From: Octopus sinensis
Lineage: Eukaryota
Reading direction: 5' to 3'
Assembly (NCBI RefSeq): GCF_006345805.1
Contig: NC_042998.1
Span: 170,066,001-170,130,000 of the forward strand
DNA length: 64,000 nt
The position numbers and the translations under genes were made by a program. The notes under the pieces are model-generated. The model had not been told where the DNA came from. It was given only the letters and a program-made list of their open reading frames with translations, and did not search any database. Positions 38,520 through 51,415 of the stretch are shown in pieces (positions within the stretch are counted from its first letter, which is position 1; each line of letters starts with the position of its first letter).

Positions 38520-40025
38520 TGTCCTTGAGATTCTCAAGTATTCATTAAGACCTATAGTGAGCTGTAGAGGTTCAGCATGTCATCCACTGAGCCGCTTCCT
38601 TGTGGATATATTCAGTCCACTAACAGGAAAGTCAACATTGTACATGAAGAATTCCACTCATTTTACAGAATTGATCAAGGATATCCCCATTGAATCCAAC
38701 CTGATGGTGAGTCTAGATGTGATAAGTCTGTTCACCAAAGTCCCAACTGGTGAAATACTATCAGTGATTCAAGAAAAACTAGTGACAGACACCCATCTAA
38801 AAGAACGCACTAGCATACCAATAAGAAACTTGATGGAAATGTTGACCTTCTGTGTAGAAACTACCTACTTCATTATGGACACTGATATATATCGACAGGA
38901 AAAGGGTTTAGATATAGGTTCACTGTTATCACCGCTAATAGCCAATATATACATGGAATACTTTGAGAATTTGGCTGTGATATATTGATATACTCTGACC
39001 CCACCTGGAAGATGTCCAAGTGTTGTTTGATGATGTGAACTCAATAAAGCCATCCATACAGTTCACAATGGAAAAGGAAATAGATAATCAGCTAGCATTC
39101 CTGGTTGTATTAATAACACATACCAAGTATGGTTTCAGGACATCCGTATACTGCAAGCTGACCTTTATTGGACAGTACTTCAGCTTCAATTCCCACCATC
39201 CATACAGTGTAAAGAGAGGGATTGCTCAGTGCCTAAAACATCGAGCAAAGAATATAAGTAATGATCAAGCTCAGCAACAATCTATTAAGCAACAACTACC
39301 CAAAAAACATACTATCCACTCCAATTATGAAGAAAAGAGAGGATGAAACCAATGAACTGTCCAGTCTGTCTGCCCTATGTGGAAGGCCTCTCTGAAAAAA
39401 TACAAAAGGTATGTGGCCCATATGACATCAGGACAATATTTAAAAGTAATACAACACTTAGGGAATATCTTCTTTGAGTAAAACCACCAGTTGAAGAGAA
39501 TATGACCACAAACTGCATGTACTCCATCAAATGCAGCTGTGGTAGGTTCTACAAAGGTGAAACATGCCACCCCCTCAAAATAAGGGTAGAGGAACATCGC
39601 AACACTGCGACACGAGGAGATAGTGATAAATTGGGTATAGCTGATCATGTATGGAAAAATGGAGACCGTCTCCCCACTATGGGATGAAGTTAAAATAATA
39701 GAGAACACTACTGGAAAATATGAAAACTAAAAGAAGCAGCACATATGCTATGACACAACAACCTGCTAAGCAGACTGAGTGCGGATATGAATAGCATATG
39801 GGAACCGGTATTAAGGAATGATAGGAAAATACTAGTTTTATAAGCCCTAAAATTCACTCCATAATTGCCCACGGGCATGTGGCGTGGTGGTTAAGAGTGC
39901 AGGCTACTGACCCCAAGATTCTGAGTTCGATTCCCAGCAGTGACCTGAATAATATCAAAAAATACCTTAGGAATGAGAACCCATGTTTGAAATTTCCCCA
40001 AGATGAGGACAAATAACCGTCAAAT
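38520..40025 (+). mobile_element. 5'-truncated Penelope-like retroelement (PLE RT plus GIY-YIG endonuclease)
   Basis: LRPIVSCRGSACHPLSRFL, MVSLDVISLFTKVP, YRQEKGL.IGSLLSPLIANIYME, IQFTMEKE...LAFL, and GIY-YIG NCMYSIKCSCGRFYKGET...IRVEEH. Frameshifted. Confidence 0.9.
39873..39945 (+). other. tRNA-like Pol III promoter cassette inside the PLE 3' end (mirror copy at 38049-38114, minus)
   Basis: A-box TGGCGTGGTGG and B-box GAGTTCGATTCC at tRNA-like spacing. No proper acceptor stem. Confidence 0.7.
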
Positions 40026-43000
40026 AAATGAAAATAGTAATGATAATATTTGGTTTCAAATTTTGACACAAGGCTCGTAACTCCAGGAGAGAGTGTAAGT
40101 TAATTACATCAATCCCAGTGCTCAACTGGTACTTATTATTTTTATCAATCCTGAAAGGATAAGTTAACCTCAGCAGAATTTGAACTCACAATGTAAAGAT
40201 TGATGAAATGCCATATAATAAGAACTATACTTGTAACTTTCCTCACCTGCCTAATTTCCTCTCCAGGAATTGTTTTGGATTTCTGTTTTCAACATTAGAG
40301 ATTAAGAACTTCTTACTTCAGTCTTGAATAGTCTGGTCTGTTTCATTTTACTGGGTTTTTAAATAAAGTTTAGTACAATTTTGGATTAATATTATTGGTT
40401 AGGATTAAGTTTGGGTTTGGGGTTTAAGTTTTGAGTTAAATGTCAGTGGAGTCACAATTGGAAAGTTTTAGTTGTGCTAAAATTTGTCTGTGCATGCATA
40501 TGAATCATATCTTAGTGCATCTACAAAAAACGAAATGAGTTGAACTTTATCATCTATCTTGTTCCAGTCATTGGATTGTGGCCATATTGGAGTACATCCT
40601 TGAAGGGTTTTAATAAGTCAAACAGATTAATCTCATTATATTTTTTAAAGTCTGGTACTTATTTGCATTTTTTACTAAATGGTTAACTTACAGGAATGTA
40701 AGCAAACACATACACATATATGCACATACACATGATGGGCTTCCACTGTTATCATCTATTAGATTCACTCACAAGGTATTGATTGACCTAGCCTAAGGTG
40801 GTCTGCTGTGGGACTTAACCAAACAACCATACCTGCACATATCTGCTATTTCATCATCATCATCATCATTTAACGTCTGCTTTCCATGCTAGCATGGGTT
40901 GGACGATTTTGACTGAGGGCTGGCGAACCAGATGGCTGCACCAGGCTCCAATCTTGATCTGGCAGAGTTTCTACGGCTGGATGCCCTTCCTAACGCCAAC
41001 CTCTCCGAGAGTGTAGTGGGTGCTTTTTACGTGCCACCGGTACGGGGGCTAGTCAGGCAGTACTGGCAATGACCTCGCTCGAATCTTTTTACATGTTCCA
41101 CTGGCACAGGTACCAGTGAAGCGACGTTGGTAACCATCACGCTCGAATGGTGCCCTTTTACGTGCCACGGGTACGGAAGCCAGTTGGCTGCTCTGGCAAC
41201 GATCACGCTCAGATGGTGCTCTTGGCACCCTACTAGCACAGGCATAAGTGCCAGTAAGGCAACGCTGGTAATGATCATACTCGAATGTCAAGGATCACAC
41301 TCGTATGGTGCTCTTTGCACCCCACTAGCACGGATGCCAGTCATTGAATTGATTTTGATTTATTCTGGAAAATTTCTGTTTCTAGGCGTCAATTTGGTGA
41401 TACCACTGAGATTGTTTCTTTAAAAAATTTTTTTTCCATGTTTTTGTCCCTTCTTTACTTCAGAGTACTCTAAGTTAATCTTTAAATTGCTTTGTTTTGT
41501 TTTTTTCTAAAATATAATTTTTAAATGTAGAGGATTAATCTGCAAAAAAAAAATAAAGTCGCGTTCTACAAATTATATCTTGTTATTCTAACTTTAATAT
41601 GGGTCCATAAAAATGTGATGTATATACTCCCTCCACAAACATCATTTGGTTTGGTTTCTATGGCTGGATGCCCTTACTATCTCCAAATACTTCTCATGGC
41701 ACCCCAACTAGAGAAGTTGAATAGACTTTTGATGGGACAGATTAAAGGGACATTGCAACTATTTCTACTCATGTGCCAATCATTTTATAGTATATACCGG
41801 ATGCGTTTTTGTGGCACTAGCACTAAGGAGGTAACTGCACCCACCATCCACCTGTAGATGGTGCATGGCAGGTTCCATCATAGGATCAGCATAGAAGTTG
41901 AAGTGCATTGTACGCAGTAAATGTTGAGAACATTTAGTAACTTGTGGTGTGGCGGTGTTTAGATGAGGATGGAAATAGGAAAGGTAGATGTGATAGCAGA
42001 GGCAGGGTTAGAAGTGTAGTGAGTACTTTTTAACCTAGGGTATTTACATTTTCTCGAGTGACTGCGGAGGGGAATGATAGATAGATAGAGAGAGAGATGA
42101 AAAGTACCCAAATGAGTGGGAGGGTGGAAGGAGCAAGAGTGCTATGGGAAAAAGACGGACATTTGTTGGGTGGAGTCAGTACAGGAATGATTGGCAGTAG
42201 GAGAGGTGGGCTGAGGCAGGGGTAGGTGATAAGATAAAGGGAAAGAGTCTTGTATGTTTATTATGACAGAATTATGGTCATTTTGGAGAGAGAGAGATTG
42301 CCGGTGTTGTGAATGGTTGTCTTCATTACATTGAAGATGTAAGGAGTCAGTTGCAAGAGGAGATAGTTGGCTGTCAGAGATGTAGTTTTCTTGGGGATTG
42401 GATATGTTGTGAGTTTTAAAAGCTGATCAGAATGAATCCTTGTAGGAGAGATTGAAGTATTTGGTAAGTTTAGGGGCTAGCCCTATGGTGCAATACGTAT
42501 TTATGTAGATATATAAATGTGTATATATACAGATATGCATCATTTTATATTTATGGTGTATGTATGTGTGTGTATATATATATGTAATGTGTATATACAT
42601 TATTTGTGTGAGCGCGTGTATATGTGTGTGTACACACACATATTTTGCGCATGCGCATATATGTAAATATACATATAACTTATGCGCATGCGTGTACACA
42701 ATCACATGTAAGAAATGTGTTTATATAATGTGTCATATCAAAACATCGTTCTTTAAACTCCGAAGCCAGTGCACTTTATTCCAAAGTTATTTCCCTTGAA
42801 ATAATGTTTACATAGTTGTTACTTTGAGAACGTATAACGTTAATTTACAAGATAGAAAACTATAGCCCTTTTAGTAGTCAGTAGTTGCAGTGAATAATTT
42901 GGTTTTTTTTTTGTAATCACTTAATTATTTCTGTAAATCATATTTTGATATGTGATTGGTATGATAATTTTCATGAGAAATAACCAAAAGTACTGCTTTT

Positions 43001-45445
43001 TTTTATGAACGAGTGCCAATTAGTTGGTTCATTCCGTTCGTTCGAATTCCGCTATTCCTGATGTATCTGGTTAGTACAGGATATTAAAATTTTTATGTAA
43101 ATAAAAAGGAATCGATTGCTATTTCGCACCATTCAATCTAGATTGTGCAGAGAGGATGGACGCGACTAAAACGTCTAAACCAAGTTTTCCGGCATCGTAA
43201 TAATGGAATACATTTTTTAAATGTGAAGTGGGGTGGGGCGATTCAGCAGAAATTCATTGCTATTTCTATTTGGTCGGTGGACCGGCGGATTTTCGGAACA
43301 GATGTTTCAAATAGAATAGATTTTTTTTTATATCTTCATTTTTTATTCTGGTATTTTTCGATAATATACAATATCCCACATTACAAAAACGCTTGTACAT
43401 CGCAAAAGGAAGAAAAAGAAAAAAAAAATTTAATCGTGGTAGCTATTCCAAAGACACGGGGTTGGAGGCGTAGGGAGCTGAGACATGAAAAACATAGATT
43501 TAATTTTTCAAAAAGGGATTTCCGCATGTTTTACAATGCAGAATTGTCGAAAAATCCCGAAAAACACCAAAAACAAATAAACAAGGAATTACATTTTATT
43601 CATGATATTTATTTTGAAAGTCCATTGACATACCTCGTATCGGTTCATTTAATTTTTTCCTCTGCTGTAGTAGAATCTTCTCACACGTAGCAAAATCAAA
43701 ACCACAAAATATAGCGTGTTTATTTTTTCAAAAAGGGAAATTTTTCGAGTTGTTCGTTTCTTTCAAAGATTTTTTGCATAAGTATTTTAAAATCTCATGC
43801 ACAAACGGAGCCATGGCTTCATTTTTTTTTCTTCTACATGAATTGGGTTTAATATATTTACATTGTTTTTCTTTTAAATACAGGAGCTAATAAAAATTCT
43901 ATCCAAACAAGTATCATTATGATATCTAAAATTTAGTTATTTTTCATTAAATGTGTTTTAATTATATTAATTCAAAATTTCACACAAATTACACTTGACC
44001 TTTTCATTCCTGCCTATTTTATGATCATCATTTTAACGTCCACTTTCCTGTGTTTGCACGAGTTAGAATGTTTTTAGGTGGATTTTCTACTACCAAATGT
44101 TCTTGTCACCATCCCACACCTGTTTGCAAACAAGGTGATATTTCTCCATAGCCAGACATATTCATGCAGGATACTGGAAATAGATGACACTGCTTGTATG
44201 ATAGTGACAATTATTTATGCAATGCCAAGACAAGGACACACTCGCGCATATGTGTACCAAATCCACTCACAAGACTTTTGTTGACCAGGAACTGTAGAAG
44301 ACACTTGCCCAAGTTGCCATGCAATGGTAGTGAACCCAGAAAGGAAAAAAGTAAATCAAGCAGCAGAAGCACATTTCGGTGGGAGGAACTGAGAGACAGT
44401 ATGGGTTGAGTGTGGGCACCAAACATGAGCTTTGGTGTGCAAATGACCTCCAGAAAAGAAACTTTTGATTTTCAAAGCTTTTTCGGTGTTTGGAATTTCA
44501 CTTAAGAGACTGTATATCTGTACTAAATTCATTAATTTCATGTCATCTAAACTGGTGTTTCAGATTAGTTCAGTGAATCCTGTTTTACCATCATTTATTT
44601 TTTTTTTTCATTACTGCTGTGTTTGCAATGAACTGTTATAGAAGCTAGTCAACTTTTAATACTCAGCTATCAGTCGACCTCAGGCTTTAACTGGTCCTTA
44701 TTTTATCGATCCCAAAAGATGAAAGGCAAAGTCAGGCTCGGCAGAATTTGAATTCACAATGTATTGGTGGACAAAATGTGACTAAGCATTTTACCTGGAG
44801 TGCTAACAATTCTGCCAGCTTTCCACCTTTCAGCTATCAATAATATTAGTTATTAATAGCCTTAGTTTCCCTGGTTTACATACCATAATTATAGACTTAA
44901 ATAATTATTTTACACTACACAGTTTTTAATATCAATTAGCTATATCGTCTACATAGTATTGTGTTCCCACATTCCTTTCTAGCACATTGAATATGGTTCT
45001 CACTTAGATATCAAACTGCTGAAGTCCTTTCTACTAATTAGGCCTTCATTTTTGTCTTCACTCTTTTACTTTCCCCTTTATTCTGCAGATCTAAGTTGAG
45101 AAAATGACTAGATGAAAAAAGCATTGACTGGACAAGTGCTTTTGTCATATGAATGGATGCATGTGATTTGGATAAGTATGCCAAAGAACATGAATGGTAT
45201 GTAAATGGATGTTGTATGATTAATAGATAACCAAAACAGAGTTAAAGTACTTAAAGCAGACCTTATTTGAGATAACTTAAGATTTAGGCACAGCAAATGC
45301 TTGTTTTGCAAATCTATCCCAACTTTTATTAAACATCGGATGATGATGATGAGAAATGTTTTATTCATCTTTATAATTTGGATAGAAAACTTATAAAACA
45401 TATGGTTGTCTTATCATTCATAAAACAGCAAATCATGGTTTCTTT

Positions 45446-45716
45446 AAAGTGGTTTCCCAGGAACTCCTGGGGTTCTGCAAGATAAAATATCTAAATAGAT
45501 TTTTTAAACATTTGTTATATAATGCAAATGTGATTCACCATTTTCAAAGTATTATATATTTTTATATATGAATAAATTCTCTAAAGTAGCTTTTGTTTCA
45601 TCTTATGCCTTATCAAAATTAGGGTAGTGAAGTTTTGTAAAAAAAAATTTTTTTTAATACAATTTTTGGAAAACCCTGTAATGAGTTCCACACCAAAATA
45701 ATTTTGGAAACCTCTG
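45446..45716. mobile_element. Possible decayed hAT-type MITE
   Basis: Ends AGTGGTTTCCCA and TTGGAAACCTCTG form an imperfect inverted pair. Confidence 0.35.
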
Positions 45717-46584
45717 CATCAGAGTATCCACTGTGTTTTGTGACACAGCAAAAGCAAAGCTATCATTTGGTCTTTCCTAATTTTTTTTTCTTTATTATCT
45801 AATAGTGTATTCATAATGTACTCCAACAATTATTACACCCTGTCACTAAATTTCATATTAATTCATGCAATAGCTATATTTTTATACTGGACTAATTGCA
45901 TTTCATCAAAATCTCTAACTTCTAATAAGACAAAGGAATTTATATAAAATGCTACTAGAATTTTAGAGTTAAAGGTAGTATTTCCACAGGATATTACAAC
46001 CATTTCTATGATGCTGAATGCATAATAAACTTAAGTACTTGCTTACTTCAGTTTCATAGTAAGGTATCAATCAATGCTACATGATCATTCAATTTCTGCT
46101 CAGAATAAATTCCATACTGGTATGTACAGATGTCACTGAAATATTATTCTGATTATTTTCTCTGATTTCATGCTCCCTTTCTGTAATTAAATCATTAATA
46201 ATTTAAGTGTGATTCAGAACTTGATGTTAATGATGTTTACTCATGCAAGACTTCAAGAGTTAATATATGTGACCAAAGGGGTCAAAGTGGTAAAGTAGAT
46301 AATGTGTTTGTCCCTTGGCTACATACAATATGCTCTGTTTGTATCCCATCATCGACACCACATTTTGGCAATGACAATTATTTCTGGTTTTATTTATTTA
46401 ACAACACATGGAGAGAAAGAAACAAACTAAACTAACGTCTAGTTTGTGGAGGGTTAAGGTCTTGGAATTATATCCTAACATGGCTATATGACATTGTGTA
46501 AAAGCTATGTGAAGTTAACTTTTACAGAGATGTACTTGCATAGCAAGTGACTTGATCTGAAATCGTGTGCTGAAACAAAAACAA

Positions 46585-46837
46585 TTGCAGCGTGTAAGGT
46601 GTTTATAAACCATTTAAAAAACGCAAAAACCATTAGATTCACTTCAACATTTAAATTTAATTTGTGTCAAAATATTTTCATTGCTTGAAACCACTGACAA
46701 ATGCAGCACAAAATTTTGTCAGTGGTTTCAAAAAGTGACAAAAATATTTTGACACAAATTAAATTTAAATGTTGAAGTGAATCTAACGGGTTTTTGTGTG
46801 TTTTTTAAGTGACTTATAACCACCTTCCATGCTGCAA
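46585..46837. repeat. ~250 bp foldback palindrome (MITE-like)
   Basis: TTGCAGC...GCTGCAA termini. The inner arm ttagattcacttcaacatttaaatttaatttgtgtcaaaatattt has a perfect reverse complement, and ttgaaaccactgacaaa pairs with tttgtcagtggtttcaa around a short loop. Confidence 0.9.
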
Positions 46838-47032
46838 GAGTTAAGTTAATAGTTGATAAAGTTAGTTATCTCACTTTTTCTGATGGCTGTAAGCTTGTAT
46901 TCTGATTGCTATTCACAGCATGTACTAACACACATACCAGCAAATAGTATGTTGGGCGGACCAGCCATGTTGCTACTATGTCTGTATGAATATTGGTATG
47001 ACTTCCATGTGTGTGACACACATATATGTGTG

Positions 47033-47074
<42 letters not shown>

Positions 47075-47957
47075 CATACATACATAGTTGACTATTGGCC
47101 AGCTGTAATCCAAATACTTATTAGATGCTGCATATATTGTGAATGAATCAGTAATGGTGACTGAAAAGTACCAGTTAATCTGTCTGATCTGGGCTATTGA
47201 TCATAAAAATACATATCTATGATATCTGTGATTCTAGTGCATTACTTGACTGTATTGGTAATAAATGGAATTATTTTAGCTAAATGTAGGTATATCTGTG
47301 AAGTGCAGGTCATGGCTGTGTGTGTGGTTAAGAAGTTTGCTTCCCATCCATGTGGTTTGGGATTCAATCTCATTGTGCAGCTCCTTGGGCAAGTGTTTTC
47401 TCCTTTCTCACAGGGGTGACCAAAATCTTTTAAATGGATATGGTTGACAGAAACCAAAAAGAAGCCCATTGTATGTATGTGCTTGTGCATGTGTTTTTGT
47501 GTTTACCTTTTACACTGACTCACTCAAAAATCAGTATCCATGTAGTTTTCTGTTGGCATCTCTCGTGTCACTAAATTGCCTACTTCCTTTGTGCCTTCGA
47601 AGCCATCTGGAATAAGAGATCCCTTACTTGAAAAACAGGTAAGGGCATCAGGAAGGACGTCAAATATATATTCTGATGATCCATATTAGTTATCTGAATA
47701 TACTATTGTTGTCCATTCTGATGTTAAAACAAACAAATAAATTCTTTTACATGTTTCAGTCATTTGACTGTGGCCATGCTGGAGCACTGCCTTAAAGGGT
47801 TTTAATCGAAGCAATCAACTCCAGACCTTATTCTTTGTAAACTCAGTACTTATTCTATCAGTCTCTTTTGCCAAACCACTAAGTTATGGGGAAAAAAACA
47901 CTAACAGTTGCCAATTGATTGGTGGGGGACAAACACACACACACATACATATAATAA

Positions 47958-47992
<35 letters not shown>

Positions 47993-50900
47993 TCTTTTAC
48001 TTGTTTTAGTCATTTGACTGTGGCCATACTGGAGCACTGCCTTTAGTCAAGCAAATCGTCCCCAGGACTTATTCTTTGTAAGCCTAGTACTTATTCTATT
48101 GGTCTCTTTTGTCGAACCGCTAAGTTACGGGGACGTAAACACACCAGCCTCAGTTGTCAAGCAATGTTGGTGGGACAAACACACACACACACACACACAC
48201 ATACGATGGGCTTCTTTCAGTTTCCACTCACACACCACTTTGGTCAGCCCGAGGCTATAGTAGAAGACACTTGCTCAAGGTGCAACGCAATGGGACTGAA
48301 CCCGGAACCATGTGGTTGGTAAGCAAGCTACTTACCACACAGCCGCTCCTACACATATATGGGTACAGGACGTTACCATCAGTACAAATATATGATGGAT
48401 TTCTTTTCATTTCTGTCTACCAAATCCACTCACAAGGCTTTGGTCAGCCCGAGGCTATAGTAGAAGACTCTTGTTCAAGGTGCCACTCAGTGGGACTGAA
48501 TCCGGAACCATGTGGTTGGGAAGCAAGCTTCTTACCACACAGCCATGCCTGCACCTGCATGCCACAAGTTGCAAAATAATGTTCATGAAACACATTTGGC
48601 ATATGTATTGGCTTATCCCCATGTGCCTTATGCGTTTATATAGGGTAGTTCTCTGTGTTTTACATTTCCATTGACGTAATGAGTAATATTTTCATGCCAA
48701 ATGAGATGACAGTTTGTAGTTGCAAAACATATGCTATATTTGGAAAGTAATTGTACAATTAATTCATCAGTGATCCAATATCTTTTATAAATATAGTTGA
48801 TGCATCTTCTGTACAAAATATAATTTCCACCTTTCTGGCATTATGGTTGTTTGTTTAAGGTCAGTTCTACTCTGACTGTCCTTTCCAGTGTTTACATTGT
48901 TTACATGACTTGTATGAAATCAAAGCCAGAATGTTAAACCACTTCTAATTGAGACCTATGGTCTATAATATTCCAGTTATGGCCATCATCTCTTTAAGAT
49001 GGTAGTGCAATTTGAGGGAAATTTTGTTGCTATTCTAGCAAATCAGGTGGCTTTGTAGATGCTGCCTCAGCTCCATATTCCTTTTTTTATTGAAGTTGAT
49101 AGAACCTGTTGTTAAGAGTGATAACTTTTTTGTGATAACTAAATGTTAGTTGATGACATTTTGGTAGCAAAAAAGAAAAATCCATATAGCTGAATTTTGT
49201 TATAGAACATATACAGAGAATTTGAACTTTTGAGAAATGTTTATTGATTTATTTTACTCAAATGTGAAGTCTTTGTTAACATATTTTTCAAATCAATCTC
49301 CTAATGAGTGCAAGAGTATCAATGTTTCAGTAGGTCACCATACACAGTCGCAAGAGCAGTAAAGTTATTTTGTGACATAAACTGAGTTTTTTTGTGTTTA
49401 TGTTAATCTTGATGTGTTTTACTGCATCAGTAAATTTAAACTGCATTCGCTTAGATTATTTCTTTGAAGAGAGAATGGTTAAGTCATCAGTAAATTCAAG
49501 AATAGTCTGCTGGATGCCATTGTGTGGCGAATGGGATTTGTCTCATTCTAATACGTTGTTTCTTCTAATACATTGCTGAAGATTGTAAGATGGTACCGAG
49601 CAAACATTAGATTTGATACAATAATTGCTTGCATGAAATATCAGTGATATATTCACTCCAGAACATTACAAATAAAAAAAATCTCACAAAGCTTAACTCT
49701 TAAAATTGTCGTAGCAGTGTACTGTTCAAAATAAAGAAGCATCTTCATCATCATTTAACATCTGATTTCAATACTGGCATCGGTTGGGGGGTTGGATGGT
49801 TTGAGAGGAATTGGCCAACTGAAGAGCTGCCTTGGTTCCATGTCTGTTTTAGCATGTTTTCTACAGCTGGATGCCCTTCCTAATGCCAACCACTTTACAG
49901 GGTGTAATGACTGAGACATATGAATGTCTCAGAGTAACATTACATTGGAAGCCACTTCTAATGTAAAGTAAGTGACAAAGAAGTCCAAAGACAGTATGGT
50001 ACTGTTTAGCATAAATTGAACTGGATAACTTGGGACAGTACCATGTGTTGTCAAGGTTAGCAAAAGCAAACTGGAGAGGATTAATTCTTGCATAATGGCC
50101 ACAGAATAAAAGAAAGATTAAATGAAATTGAAAATGTTCACAAATCTGAAATGTAAATTAGGATTGAAATTAGTTTAATTGTAAGGAAAATACTTGTTAG
50201 TCTTTTATCTTTTTCTTGTTTCAGTCTCATTAGATTGTGGCCATATTGGGGTACCTGTTTGAAGAATCTTTTTTTGTCAAATGAATCGACCTTGGCACTT
50301 ATTCTTTTAAGCTTGGTACTTATTCTGTTGGTTTTATTTGCTGAACTGCTCAGTTACAGGCATGTAAACACACCAACGTCAGTTGTCTAGTGCTGGTGAT
50401 GGGGGACAAAGACACACTCACACATACACAAATACACACTCACACATATATGTATGACGGGCTTCTTTCTGTTTCTGTCAACCAAATCTACTCATGTCTT
50501 TGTTCATCCTGAGTCTATAATAGAAATCACTTGCCCAAAATGCCACTCAATGGGACTAAACTGGGAACCATGTGCTCAACACACAGGCATGCCTGCACTT
50601 GATTATATATTATATGGCTTTTAGCTGTGTTGCAATTTCTTCTGCAGGGTTTAGTAGTTCAAGTCATGCTATACTGTATATATTAATAGGTAAGCTGCAG
50701 CTCTTCTAAAAACCTGGGCAAAGAGAACAAGTATGCTTATCTACAGAACTTTGCTCTGGGCTCAGAATTTGCAGCATGCACCAGTGCACATACACTAGCA
50801 AATTATTCAGTGTGTAAGACAGGTTGGTCATGTCCCAATTCTGTCTCCATAAATGTAAGTGTTGTAAACAAATATATTGAGGACATCATTCATAAAAAAA

Positions 50901-51377
50901 AACACCCACTACTACATAAGCAGAATTTGATTCTGCTACAAAACAAATACATGTGTGGCTACATGTAGTCTCACAATTTATATAAAAATACCTTTCACAT
51001 GTGTGCAGCATATGCACTGTTCTGTATCAGCCAGCTGTAATTCCAATACTTCTTAAAGGCTGCAGATATTGTCAGTTAATCAGGAGTGGTGATTTAAAAA
51101 CAGTGGCTAATCTATTTATTCTGAGCATTGACCATGTAAATGAGTTACTATGATATCTAAGGTACAGGGATATTTCTAGACTACATTGATAATGATTGAG
51201 ATTATTTCAGCTAAATGGTGTTTTTTCTTTCATATAAATGCAGCTGCAAACAAAGTTGTAAACAGTATTTACAAAAAGCAATATGCAGCCTATTTATGGG
51301 TCAGAAGCTAAAACCATAATATAAACAGTAAGTAGGTCCAACTTATCTACTGTAGTGTCATATATATAAGTATATAT

Positions 51378-51415
<38 letters not shown>

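Noticed and set aside
39873-39945. Functional tRNA gene (also the SINE heads)
   Set aside because: Boxes are present, but there is no 7-bp acceptor stem or clean cloverleaf, and it is embedded in a repeat.
43145-43690. 181 aa plus-strand ORF
   Set aside because: Non-ATG start, F/I/K-rich low-complexity composition typical of AT-rich noncoding DNA, and no motifs.
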